Source of the DNA: Methanotrichaceae archaeon
Lineage (GTDB): Archaea > Halobacteriota > Methanosarcinia > Methanotrichales > Methanotrichaceae
DNA length: 30,126 nucleotides
Direction of reading: 5' to 3'
Assembly: GCA_963748825.1 (NCBI GenBank)
Contig: CAVVKN010000014.1
Coordinates: 1 to 30,126 of the forward strand
Position 1 is the stretch's first letter. Every line of letters starts with the position of its first letter. This document shows positions 9,226 to 18,983 of this stretch, piece by piece. A program made the translations under genes and the position numbers. The notes under the pieces were generated by a model. That model worked only from the letters and a program-made list of their open reading frames with translations. It did not search any database and was not told the DNA's origin.

Positions 9226-9675
9226 CTAGAACTCTACTACTTCCAGAAAGTGAACTCTTCTAAAGTCCCGATCGAAGGTTGCGATCTTTATAATCTCGTT
9301 GCATAAGCAGGTCGAAGCTATTAGCGCGTCATATGGCAGAAGCCTGTATTTCAGCATGGTCTCCCGCCAATGGTTCATATCATCATTGACTGGCACGAGG
9401 GAAATGCGTCTTGCATCGATGAAGCGGAATACGGCATCGATCTCTTTTTCAAATGGCCCATATCCGTTATCAACGATGAACCTCTTGAATGAGGTATGGT
9501 TTTTCGTTCCATAACGCTCTTCGCACAGATCCCGAACCGATACAAGAATCAGCTCATGTATGACCGTAGATGATGTGACAAGTTTGTGATTCTGATCAAA
9601 AAATCTCCTGGCTGAGTTAGAAAATTTTGTGTCAAAGAATGCATTATAAAATACATTAGTATCAATAAATATCAA
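9226..9675 (-). CDS. VapC PIN-domain toxin
   Basis: IFIDTNVF, VIHEL, LLPYDALIAS and IATFDRDF acidic PIN motifs. Confidence 0.92.
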   Translation of the reverse strand: MIFIDTNVFYNAFFDTKFSNSARRFFDQNHKLVTSSTVIHELILVSVRDLCEERYGTKNHTSFKRFIVDNGYGPFEKEIDAVFRFIDARRISLVPVNDDMNHWRETMLKYRLLPYDALIASTCLCNEIIKIATFDRDFRRVHFLEVVEF

Positions 9676-9869
9676 AGGTAGACCTCGCCCTCAAGCTCTT
9701 CGAGCCTCTCTGCAGAAGCTTTGCCAAACATGCCGTAGTATTTCGAAAGATCTACCTTTTCGATTTTGATCTTTAGCTTGGTTCCTTCCTCTAGATTTAC
9801 ATTTTCCACCGGTTTGAAGACGCCGCCTTCGTATACACATTCAATGGTCTCACTGGCACTCATGCTCAA
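9672..9869 (-). CDS. Antitoxin, AF2212/DUF104 family
   Basis: TIECVYEGGVFKPVENVNLEEG. Overlaps the vapC start by 4 nt. Confidence 0.88.
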   Translation of the reverse strand: MSMSASETIECVYEGGVFKPVENVNLEEGTKLKIKIEKVDLSKYYGMFGKASAERLEELEGEVYL

Positions 9870-9942
9870 GTCTCCTTCTTCGCGTAGAATCTATATATTT
9901 CAACTTCTTGCTATTCAATCTTCTCCCCTGGACACTGCTCCT

Positions 9943-10059
9943 TCAAGATCCTTTGTCCACCAACCTCCCCGCCGCCAGCCTTCCGATCATCAGCTCCTCC
10001 AGCATGGCCCTGAAAAGATCATCGTGCAGGCGGGCCTCGTGATCGAGGGCAACGATCAC
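9943..10059 (-). pseudogene. C-terminal remnant of a type I restriction specificity subunit (HsdS)
   Basis: IVALDHEARLHDDLFRAMLEELMIGRL…* resembles the conserved HsdS terminal helix (LFxxLLxxLMTG). Confidence 0.45.
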
Positions 10060-10165
10060 AGTACATTTGATGAAAGAGAGGTGAAACGGCGGCGGCTCAC
10101 CCGCACAGAAAGCTGCGGGGTATTGCGTTTAAAAATAGATAGCGAAGATCCTTAACGTGCCCCTT

Positions 10166-10365
10166 TCACCCAATCTCTGCCCTCGCCCCCAGCCCCGCCA
10201 TCCGCTGGAAGAATCCCGGATAGGACACTTCCACACCTCCGTCGTATCGATCTGCGTCCCACCGGCCACAAAGCCCGCCACCGTCAGGGCCATGACATTC
10301 CGGCGCTCTTGGCCGTGCACGCTGGCCCCGTGCAGCTTTACGCCCTCGATTCTCCCGCCCGTTCC
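10166..10365 (-). repeat. Degenerate copy of the aroA 3' end (copy B)
   Basis: Translates as KLHGASVHGQERRNVMALTVAGFVAGGTQIDT, then after a shift SYPGFFQRMAGLGA. This matches the AroA C-terminus KLHGANVHGWHDHRIVMALTVAGFVAGETKIDT…SYPGFF. Confidence 0.88.
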
Positions 10366-10369
10366 GCGA

Positions 10370-11176
10370 TCATCCCTTTCTCCCCGTCGCTTTGAAAAAT
10401 GTGTAACAGAATACGCCATCCTCTTCCGTTGTCCTGTAGAGGTCCTTCACACCAGCCTCAAAATCCCCCGGCTCGATGATTCCCGCCTCGACCGCCTTCT
10501 CACGAACGCCCTCAATCATGGCCGTAAACGTCCTCCTGGTGAAGCCCTCCACAAGCTCGGGCTTGCTGGAATCGACATAAACCATGCGAGGAGAGACGGA
10601 GACCTCAGAGAAGCCCGCCTGGCAGAGCAGCGGATAAAGCTCCCTGCCAATCATGGCATTGCCACCTGCTCTCCTCTGCAGCTCGACCTGGCACGAAATC
10701 GCTCTGTGGGCCGCGTCACTATCGGGATAGAAGTAGGCAGAACCATGATCCCCTTCGATTGCTGTGATCGTGCCGCCGGGCTTGATGAAATCCTTCAGGA
10801 CGCGTAGCGCCTCGACCGGTTGGGGGAGATGCTCCAGAACAAAACAGATGAAAAGATGATCGAAAGACTCCGTCTGAAAAGGCAGATTGAAAATATCACC
10901 TTGCAGAACCTGCACATTGGTCAGGCCCGCCGCAGCCACACTCCTCCGGGCCTCGCCAGCAGAGGCTTCTGATATATCGACAGCAGTAATCAAAGAATGC
11001 GGGCTATTCCGGGCGAGAGGGACGGTCTGTGCTCCCACGCCACAGCCGGCTTCAAGAATGCGAGATCCCGGCGGAAAATGAGTGTCAGAGTGCAAGAGTT
11101 CTTCCAGAGTGGAGGCCTGGTCCTGCAAGCGCGTGTTTTCTCTCGGATGGTAGCCATGAACATACGCATTAACCAT
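10370..11176 (-). CDS. Class I SAM-dependent methyltransferase
   Basis: ILEAGCGVG, AVDIS, GDIFNLPF, FVLEHL and IKPGG. Start taken at ATG 11176 (MVNAYVHGY). Confidence 0.9.
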   Translation of the reverse strand: MVNAYVHGYHPRENTRLQDQASTLEELLHSDTHFPPGSRILEAGCGVGAQTVPLARNSPHSLITAVDISEASAGEARRSVAAAGLTNVQVLQGDIFNLPFQTESFDHLFICFVLEHLPQPVEALRVLKDFIKPGGTITAIEGDHGSAYFYPDSDAAHRAISCQVELQRRAGGNAMIGRELYPLLCQAGFSEVSVSPRMVYVDSSKPELVEGFTRRTFTAMIEGVREKAVEAGIIEPGDFEAGVKDLYRTTEEDGVFCYTFFKATGRKG

Positions 11177-11232
11177 GTGGCCCGTTCGCTGCTGATTTAT
11201 ATCAGCTTTTCCGCTCGATGACCGGACGACGA

Positions 11233-11623
11233 TCATCCATCAGCGTTTCTCTTTACCAGCTGCAAGTTGTTGCCCCAGGGGTCGCTCAATACTATGAGAT
11301 TCTCCCCGGCCTCGTGATGGGGCATCTTTCGATAAATAGCGCCCATTGATACCAGATATTTTGCGTCCTTCTCCGGATCGTCGCTCTTTAAAGCGATGTG
11401 CAGTTGCAGATGGTGACTTAATCCTCCGCCAGGGGCAGGACATCGGGAAGCTTTCCGAGTTCGAGCATAACCCTGCCGCCACCATCTGTGAGAAATGCCA
11501 CGCCTTTTCATCGTCCTCTGCCGAGAACTTGATCTCAAAACCCAATGCTTCCTGATACCAGTTCGCCATCTTGATGGGCTCTTTCTCATCAATTCCTATG
11601 TGCTCTATTTCAAATCTTTTCAT
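11233..11623 (-). pseudogene. VOC/glyoxalase-family protein with multiple frameshifts
   Basis: Three frames give MKRFEIEHIGI…WYQEALGF, VAFLTDGGGRVMLELG and HLQLHIALKSDDP…SDPWGNNLQLV. Confidence 0.75.
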
Positions 11624-11637
11624 GGTTGATAGATCTC

Positions 11638-12899
11638 TCACCCCACGCTCACACTCGCCCCCAGCTCGCCATCTGCCGAAGAATCCCGGATAGGAGACAT
11701 CCACCGCCTCAGCCGTATCGATCTTCGTCTCCCCGGCCACAAAGCCCGCCACCGTCAGTGCCATTACGATCCTGTGGTCGTGCCAGCCGTGCACATTGGC
11801 CCCGTGCAGCTTTCCGCCCGTGATCTCCAGCCCGTCCGGCCTCTCCCGGATGTCGGCGCCCATTTTCGAGAGCTCCACGGCCATGGCATGCAGCCGGTCC
11901 GTCTCCTTGTGGCGCACGTGCTCGGCATTGACGACGGTCGTCTTGCCGCTCGCCACAGCGCCCAGCACGGCGATGGTGGGCACCAGATCCGGCGTGCGGC
12001 TGGCGTCTACCTCCACGCCCTGCAAGTCGCCGCCCTTGATGTGGAGGTCCCCTTTCTCCTTGTCCCAGGAGACCTTGGCGCCCATGCGGCTCAGGATATC
12101 GATGATGGCCGAGTCGCCCTGCCTGGAAGGGAGGACGCCTTTGACGGTGACCTCGGATGCCGGTGACGGCAGCCGCAGCCAGCGGGTAGGATGCCGAGGA
12201 GAAGTCTCCGGGAATGGTGTAGCTCTTCATGCCATAGCTTTGCCCACCCGGCACAAAGAACTCCTGCTGCTGCGCCTGCACCCGCACGCCCGCGTCGGCC
12301 AGCATGTCCAGGGTGATCTCGGCGTAGGGGCGCGACTTCAGATCGCCCTCGATTACTATTCTAGTGTCCGCTTCCGCCAGCGGCGCAGCGATGAGCAGCG
12401 CGGAGAGAAACTGTGAGCTGACGCCCCCGTTGAGGTGCGCCGTGCCGCCCCGCATCTTTCCCTTGATCACCAGCGGGGCCTTGCCGTTGTTGCGGATGGA
12501 AAAGGCGGTGGCGCCAAGCTCGGAGAGCGTGCTCAGAAGAGGCCCGTTGGGCCGGGTGCGAATGGAGGCATCGCCCGTGAGAACAGCACCGTCTGTCAGA
12601 GCCGCCACAGCCGAGCAGAAGCGCAGGGTGGTGCCCGAATTTAAAACGTTGATGACATCCTCCGGGGTCTGGGGCCGGTCGTAGACGCCGGTGATTTTCA
12701 CTTCGTCGTTAAGTGAGATCTTGGCTCCAAAGGCCTCGCTGGCGGCAACTGTCGCTCGGGTGTCTGCAGAGAGGAGGGGCCGCTTAACGGTTCCGCCTGG
12801 GCCTAAGGAAGTTATGAGGATAGCGCGGTGGGTGTAGCTTTTAGAGGGCGGGGCATAGACCTCACCGGAGAGAGAAGAGCGCTCGACTGACGCAATCAT
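11638..12899 (-). pseudogene. aroA: 3-phosphoshikimate 1-carboxyvinyltransferase (EPSP synthase), frameshifted as sequenced
   Basis: PPSKSYTHRA, NSGTTLRF, SSQFLSALL, RHKETDRL and DHRIVMA. An extra base near 12160 (GIRGH should read GSEVTVKG) and further indels near 11660-11680 may be sequencing errors. Confidence 0.9.
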
Positions 12900-13131
12900 G
12901 ATCGCGGAAATGGTAGCGCAAGTATAAGAAATGTGTGCTATGATATGTCTTGACATGGCAACGAAAAAATCCGAAAAACAAACTGTCACAAACTCTCAGG
13001 AGCATCCCGTCATTTAAGCATAAGGCAATTGACGGAAGAATGACGGACCGGAGATGAGCCGCCATTTTCCATTAAGCTGGTGATCAGGGAGTGAGAAGCC
13101 CCTATTCCGCTAGCGTGAAGCCTTCTCTATA

Positions 13132-14586
13132 CTAAATCTTGGCTACGTGCTTCGTACATTTCCCCAGGGCCACCACCGCCGATGATCCCGATCTCTTCAG
13201 CTCCTCGCACACCACAGCCTCCACCTCTTCCTCAGAGCCGGGCAGCTCCAGGTAGCGCGTCGGCACCAGCGCCTCCACCAGCTTCGTCAGGTCGGGCGCT
13301 TCCTGCCCGCCCGTCATGGCCGCCACATCATTCTTGAGGACGATGACGAGAACATCGCGCTTCTGCCAGACGGCATTGATCAGACCCTGCAGGCCCGAGT
13401 GCGCCAGAGCAAAGTCACCCACCACGGCAATGCCCTTTTTGGCAAAGCCCGAGGCTACGCCCACCGATGAGCCCAGGCCGTAGACCACGTCCACTGATTG
13501 GAAGGGCTCGCGGGTGGCACGGATGGCGCAGCCCGCATCCCCGGCCACGGACACGTCCACTTTTGCCAGTGCCTGGAAAAGGGGTATGAAAGGGCAATCG
13601 TGGCAAACACCCGCGTAGCCTCTTTCCGCCACGCTCTCGTAGACCTGCGGCTTTTTCTCCGGCTTCTCTTCCAGACTCTCCAGCGCCCGGATAATGTCTG
13701 CCCTCTCCAGAGGTCCGCGGGGCAGATGGCCGGTGAGCTTTCCTCGCACTTTGGGGCTCAATCTGAGCTGCGATTCGATGAAGGGCTCCGGCTCCTCTGC
13801 TACCAGGATTGTGCGGTGGCCATCCATGAAGCGGCGCAGGAGCTTTTCCGGCAGTGGATTGCTGTAGCCTACACAGAGGAGCGAGACACCCAGCCCTTCA
13901 GCCAGAGCCGCCGGGCGGCCGCTGGCGATGATGCCCACATTTCCGGAGATCTCCAGCCGGTTCAGGGTCGTGGACTCGGAGGCCTCCTCGGCAAAGGCCA
14001 GGATTTTGTCATGATGCCTCTGATGCCGCCCGCGCATGGTTAAATCCCAGCCCTCCCTTTCGAACTGCTGGGCTGCACCCTTGCTGGGCCGCGGCAGGAT
14101 CTCCGGCCCCTCATCGGCCAGAAGGCGTGCAGTCACCCGCACGATAACCGGAATTCTCAGCCGCTCGGAGAGCGTAAAGGCCTCCAGAATAGAAGCGTGC
14201 AAAGCGACAGGGCTGCTGGGATCAAGCACCGGAATCTCAGCCAGCGGACCGTAAAATCTGCTGTCCATCTCCGCCTGTGAGCCCCTCGGGCCCAGATCAT
14301 CTCCGGCAATGATCACCAGCCCCGAGCCGATGGTGTGCGTGGCCGATATGACCAGTGGATCGGCCAGAATATTCATGCCCACCTGCTTGACGATAACCAG
14401 GGAGCGCAAGCCCGTAGCTGACGCCCCCAGGGCGATCTCCAGAGCCACCTTTTCATTGACCGAGATCTCGGCATCGAGCGCGGCCGCCAGATCAGTTATA
14501 GGATAGCCGGGAACGTAGGTTCGAACCTCGACTGCTCCGTCCTGAGCAGCCAAAGCAGCTGCCTGCAAGCCGTTCATAGACTTCAT
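13132..14586 (-). CDS. iorA: Indolepyruvate:ferredoxin oxidoreductase alpha subunit-like ThDP enzyme
   Basis: VPGYP, NEKVALEIALGAS, KQVGMN, CxxCP, GDAGC and the ThDP motif GDFALAHSG…NDVAAMTGGQ. No iorB adjacent. Confidence 0.8.
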   Translation of the reverse strand: MKSMNGLQAAALAAQDGAVEVRTYVPGYPITDLAAALDAEISVNEKVALEIALGASATGLRSLVIVKQVGMNILADPLVISATHTIGSGLVIIAGDDLGPRGSQAEMDSRFYGPLAEIPVLDPSSPVALHASILEAFTLSERLRIPVIVRVTARLLADEGPEILPRPSKGAAQQFEREGWDLTMRGRHQRHHDKILAFAEEASESTTLNRLEISGNVGIIASGRPAALAEGLGVSLLCVGYSNPLPEKLLRRFMDGHRTILVAEEPEPFIESQLRLSPKVRGKLTGHLPRGPLERADIIRALESLEEKPEKKPQVYESVAERGYAGVCHDCPFIPLFQALAKVDVSVAGDAGCAIRATREPFQSVDVVYGLGSSVGVASGFAKKGIAVVGDFALAHSGLQGLINAVWQKRDVLVIVLKNDVAAMTGGQEAPDLTKLVEALVPTRYLELPGSEEEVEAVVCEELKRSGSSAVVALGKCTKHVAKI

Positions 14587-15482
14587 AGAATTGCAGGCAC
14601 AATGGACTCATCCGGCTGAGCGCAGAAGGGCAATGCAGCCACAGCTCCAATCAATCCCTGGCCGTCCATCATGATCTGAACTCCATTAACCCGAGCCGCC
14701 TCCAGAGCATCCTCATACTGCACCCTCTCTCTCTTGCACCTTATGCCAAAGGCCAGAAGCGAGGAAGGATCAAAGTCCCGGAAGACGGCCATGCCCGTCT
14801 GCTTGGAGACGGAGTACTTCCTTAGCAGGACTTTGAAGTCAGAGAGCATGGCTTCCGCTTTGCCGGGCAGACAGGCGAACTCCACCGCCGTGGAGACGCA
14901 GTTCTGGGTCTTTGTCGGCACGGGAAAGAGCTGCACCAGGGAGTGAGAGATATAGCGCGCCTCGGGTCGATCAACTTTACTGGAGATGTTGTGAATAAGG
15001 GACCAGGTGGCCCCCTCCGTCTTGGAATCAGTATCATCAACTCCAATGATCAGCCTCTCTCTTCTGGGCAAGACTATGGTGCCGCGAGCGACGCGCCCTC
15101 CGCCGCACTCCGTTACATCATAGCGCAAGACATCCTCTGCCTTTGCACGGGAGAGGGTAGCGCCTACACCACCACCGCCGAGGCCCGCATAAGTTACCTC
15201 CACCTCATTGCCGTTGACGATTACCGACTCGATGCCTGCCGATCTCTTGGAGGAGACAAGATCCAAATCGACCTTGCCAGGTGTTATCATATAACGGAAC
15301 CATTCGCCCAAATTGCGGGAGCTTTTCACCAAGGGCCCATTAGAGTAATGGTATCTGGCCCAGGCCGATCCACCGTAGCAACTGGAGCGCTCCATGAGCT
15401 CCACCCGGCTGCCCTCATCATCAACCACGGCATGGATCTGCTTGTAGACCACAACGTATGGATCATCTAATTCTAGTTGCAA
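14583..15482 (-). CDS. mmp11: Methanogenesis marker protein 11
   Basis: DPY…ERSSCYGGSAW…Y, YAGLGGGGVGA, IGVDDTDS…GATW and VQLFP…KTQNCVST. Start TTG 15482 overlaps the truD end. Confidence 0.8.
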   Translation of the reverse strand: MQLELDDPYVVVYKQIHAVVDDEGSRVELMERSSCYGGSAWARYHYSNGPLVKSSRNLGEWFRYMITPGKVDLDLVSSKRSAGIESVIVNGNEVEVTYAGLGGGGVGATLSRAKAEDVLRYDVTECGGGRVARGTIVLPRRERLIIGVDDTDSKTEGATWSLIHNISSKVDRPEARYISHSLVQLFPVPTKTQNCVSTAVEFACLPGKAEAMLSDFKVLLRKYSVSKQTGMAVFRDFDPSSLLAFGIRCKRERVQYEDALEAARVNGVQIMMDGQGLIGAVAALPFCAQPDESIVPAIL

Positions 15483-16759
15483 GGCACATTCCTCTTCATA
15501 TACTCTCTCAATACTACGGTGGCATAGCTTCCTTTGGGCAGAACGAACTGCAGCTCTGCCCGGTTTTCCTCGACAGTGATTTGCGGTTTGACAGGGCATA
15601 GAGCCGCGCGCCTTGTCCCTCTTGAGCCCAGGTCCGGGTTTTCCGGAATATTAAAATTCTCAGGTGAAATGCCTTCTTCCCCAAGGATAGCCCTCTCTAT
15701 TTCACCCTGTGCGCCTTCTGCCAAAATTGTCTCAAATCCGATAAGCGGAAGAGTGAGAAATGCTCTGCCCCTCCCGGCCAGCCGGTCTATGGCTTCCAGG
15801 TTTTCGGTGGTTACTTTCTGCACTTTATCCATATCCGGCATGCCGCCTTTGGCAAAGCAGACTACATCGCCCAGCACTGCCCTATGCAGCGGCATTGCAG
15901 CGGCCAAACGGTTGCTGAGAATCCTGTTGAAGAGATAAGACTGATAAGCATGTACAAAGAGCCGCTTTAAATTGACGGAAAGAACATCAAAAGAGTGAGC
16001 ATAATCGCCGGGATGCTCTACCAGAAAATTTAGCATGGCCAGCTCGTAATGCAGGTACTCTGGGAACTCCTTTAGGGCGACAGGAATGTCTCGATTGACC
16101 CAGAGCTTTTCCCGAGCCACTCTCGTCCTATCCAGCTCGCCGGGAAAAGGCAGGGCCAGATAGATAAAGACCGCTTCTTCGATATTGCCTCTTGCCAGAG
16201 CCTCGCCTACTTTATGAGTGACGGGCCTGATGTCCCCGAACCTCTGCACGCCGAAGTAGTTGGGAACGCCTCTTTGCTTCTCTATCTCCTCAGTGATGAC
16301 AGTCATTCGGGCGGCAGGATCCGGGCAGCAGAGCTCTCTAATCATGATGCGAAAACGATTGCCAAGCAAATCTCCCAGGCCCACGGCCCGGTTTGTCCTG
16401 CCGAGCACCTTTATTTTCAGATCTGGCAAGTTAATCTTTGTGAGCTCCGATTCATCCAGGTTCATGATGCTAATGCGCTGGCTTGTTACCGCCCTCTTGT
16501 CCTTGGTGCCGGCCCAGCCGAATCTCTTCTGGCTGATGCGCAGCCTTCTGGCCATCTCATGGATGAGGTGATGCGTATCCCAGTTGGTCTTCTCCACATC
16601 CAATACCAGATACCTTCCGCCTTCGTAGCCCAGCTCTTCGAATACCTCTGAAACTATGAAGTCCTCCGCACAGCTCTTGATGACGCCCCCGCAGCCTGAG
16701 CTGTCCGTGATGTAATAATCCATACCCAAGAACCGGTCACGATCGCTTGCCGAAATCAT
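15473..16759 (-). CDS. truD: tRNA pseudouridine(13) synthase
   Basis: EDFIVSE, AGTKDKRAVTSQ, GDLLGNRF, PNYFGVQRFG, HAYQSYLFN and LPKGSYATVVLRE. Confidence 0.96.
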   Translation of the reverse strand: MISASDRDRFLGMDYYITDSSGCGGVIKSCAEDFIVSEVFEELGYEGGRYLVLDVEKTNWDTHHLIHEMARRLRISQKRFGWAGTKDKRAVTSQRISIMNLDESELTKINLPDLKIKVLGRTNRAVGLGDLLGNRFRIMIRELCCPDPAARMTVITEEIEKQRGVPNYFGVQRFGDIRPVTHKVGEALARGNIEEAVFIYLALPFPGELDRTRVAREKLWVNRDIPVALKEFPEYLHYELAMLNFLVEHPGDYAHSFDVLSVNLKRLFVHAYQSYLFNRILSNRLAAAMPLHRAVLGDVVCFAKGGMPDMDKVQKVTTENLEAIDRLAGRGRAFLTLPLIGFETILAEGAQGEIERAILGEEGISPENFNIPENPDLGSRGTRRAALCPVKPQITVEENRAELQFVLPKGSYATVVLREYMKRNVPCN

Positions 16760-16794
16760 TCATGCCTCAAAGATCAGAGTATCTCTACCTGCTT

Positions 16795-17148
16795 TCAGAC
16801 GAGCTTGAGCTTGCTCGTCACTTTGTCCATCAGCTTTCCGTGAGCTGGGCCTAGTCCCAGTGCAGTTATGGTGCCGGCAGGAATCTCAGTCAGCCCGGCA
16901 TCGGCAACAATGGCACAGGCTATCCCCGCCCTCTCTGCGTCCTCTCGCAGCCGGAAAAGGTCAGGCACCCCAGGTACCTTCAGGACAACTTTTTTTTGGC
17001 CCTCTGCCTTCCATTCCGAGACCGTGGATCTGTCCATTTTTTCAGCTCTTTCCACAGCCATAACTGCAGCATGAGCCACCTGCACTGCCAGCTTTCCCGC
17101 CGAGAGCTTCAGATCCTCTCTAATCACAATGCATTGCTTGAATTCCAT
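16795..17148 (-). CDS. pth2: Peptidyl-tRNA hydrolase Pth2
   Basis: KQCIVIREDL…GKLAVQVAHA…GQKKVVLK…DAGLTEI…LGLGP. Confidence 0.96.
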   Translation of the reverse strand: MEFKQCIVIREDLKLSAGKLAVQVAHAAVMAVERAEKMDRSTVSEWKAEGQKKVVLKVPGVPDLFRLREDAERAGIACAIVADAGLTEIPAGTITALGLGPAHGKLMDKVTSKLKLV

Positions 17149-17239
17149 TAGATGTAACCTCGCTATAAATAAAATTTCTCGAAATCATGCCTGATATGTG
17201 CAAAAAATATACAAAGGTTAAGGAAAAGAGGCGAGAATG

Positions 17240-18580
17240 CTACGCCTCTTTGGTTAGAACCTTGACGCAGGACGGGCTCTTGGCGATATTTCCCATCTTG
17301 GCGCCGATGAGATATTCCAGGCCCTTATCCGCTGCTATGTCTAAGATGCGCTGCGTTACGACGCCATCGAAGATCACGCCGTTCACGTCCCCATTTGTTT
17401 CCTTCAGCTCTCTGGCCAGATCTCTTACTGCCACCTGCTTGAGGACATTTTGATTCCTATCCATTATCCTGGCAGAAAGAGTTCCGTCCAGTTCATCCAC
17501 ATGCTGTCTGAACCATTCTCTCTGTGGCTCTGGCTCAGGAACAGGTTCAGGAGCAGCTACAACTACTTGTTCTATTACTGGGACTGGGACCGGGACGGAT
17601 TTGGGCACGACTTCGCGAGGCACGACCCGGCGCGGCGCGATAGCCTCGGCCCTCTCTGTCGTGTTTCGCACGCAGAAGGGCTTCTCGCGGATGAGGCTCT
17701 TTCTCTTGGTGGTGATCTCACGCCTTTTCTTGGGTTGGTTTTTGATCTTATATTGATCCAGCACCTGCTCCACGGGGATCTTCTGGCGCAGCGCCCGGAC
17801 AATCTCTTTTTGGGTCATGTCCTCGACGCTCTTTCCCTCCGGAGCCCTGGCCACAAAGTCGATGTCTGCTACCTGGAGAAGCTCTTTAATAATCAGCTCT
17901 CCGCCCCGGTCGCCATCGGTGAAAGCGGTAACGACCTTCTTGGCGCACAGATCGGCGATGGTTGGCGGCACATTGGTTCCGCCCACAGCCACGGCATTCT
18001 TGATGCCGTACTTGAGCAGATTGAGCACATCCGCCCGGCCCTCAACCACCAAGATGGCATCAGAGTCCAGTACATTGGGCCCGGCAGGCAGGTTGTCCTT
18101 GCCCAGGTGGATTATCTCTTCCACGCGAACTGACTGCTTTATCTCCTCGGTGATCTCTTCCGTCTCCAGGATGTTCTCGTCGAACATCTCCACCAGGATG
18201 CGCTTGGCCCGTTCTATGACATACCTTCTCTTGGCGGCGCGCACATCTTCAATGCGGTTTACAGCGATGCGAGCGATGCAGGGTCCCACTCGGTCTATGG
18301 TCTCCAGGGCGGCGGCCAGTATGGCTGTCTCGACCTTATCAAAGCTGGAAGGAATGGAGATGGTGCCGCTGGACTTTCCGGCGGCGGATGCGATTTGGAC
18401 GTCGATCCTGCCCAACCTTCCTGTTTTTTGGAGATCCCTTAAATCGAGGTCGCTTCCCAGAAGGCCCTCGGTCTGGCCGAAGATAGCGCCGACCACGTCC
18501 GGCCGCTCCACTATCCCCTCCGCCGTTATATCCGCATAAATAACATATTTAGTTGTATCAACATTTTGCATATAAGACAC
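17240..18580 (-). CDS. dnaG: Archaeal DnaG-type primase (exosome-associated)
   Basis: [15 protein letters not shown]…[23 protein letters not shown] and DGDRGG, C-terminal FDGVVTQR. Start may be ATG 18571. Confidence 0.95.
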   Translation of the reverse strand: MSYMQNVDTTKYVIYADITAEGIVERPDVVGAIFGQTEGLLGSDLDLRDLQKTGRLGRIDVQIASAAGKSSGTISIPSSFDKVETAILAAALETIDRVGPCIARIAVNRIEDVRAAKRRYVIERAKRILVEMFDENILETEEITEEIKQSVRVEEIIHLGKDNLPAGPNVLDSDAILVVEGRADVLNLLKYGIKNAVAVGGTNVPPTIADLCAKKVVTAFTDGDRGGELIIKELLQVADIDFVARAPEGKSVEDMTQKEIVRALRQKIPVEQVLDQYKIKNQPKKRREITTKRKSLIREKPFCVRNTTERAEAIAPRRVVPREVVPKSVPVPVPVIEQVVVAAPEPVPEPEPQREWFRQHVDELDGTLSARIMDRNQNVLKQVAVRDLARELKETNGDVNGVIFDGVVTQRILDIAADKGLEYLIGAKMGNIAKSPSCVKVLTKEA

Positions 18581-18983
18581 CTCTTATTTTAAAATAGATA
18601 GATAAAAGTCACACCCATACCCAAAGAGCCAACGCTATCTACGACCTACAGAGGCCAACTCGCGACCCATTGTCGCAATCGTAGCCATGCCGTATTACAG
18701 GCAGGCAGTGAGCAGTGAATGATGGTGAATATGAGATTCATCTAACTATTTCAGTGTCCATTTACTAATATCATGGAGCATCTGATAGAAATGCCCACAC
18801 ATGAGCCTATTTGTCCTCACTTATAGCTGGCATTTCATCGCCCGAAGTTCCACTCAGGGCTTAATTATCATGTGATTTGAAGCTCAAATGCGTGCTTCTA
18901 CCAATTAAAATTGCACGAAACTAGTTTAATAACTTTGTGGTGGGTATAGAGTCAGTAAACTTATCCAAAATATATAAAAGTTC

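Noticed and set aside
13007-13046. CCGTCATT/AATGACGG inverted repeat upstream of aroA as a riboswitch or attenuator
   Set aside because: A single 8-bp stem lying upstream of the apparent aroA TATA box (about 12925), with no recognisable aptamer.
18718-18785. C/D box sRNA (ATGATGG…CTGA)
   Set aside because: Box C is imperfect, with no convincing internal D'/C' boxes or terminal stem.
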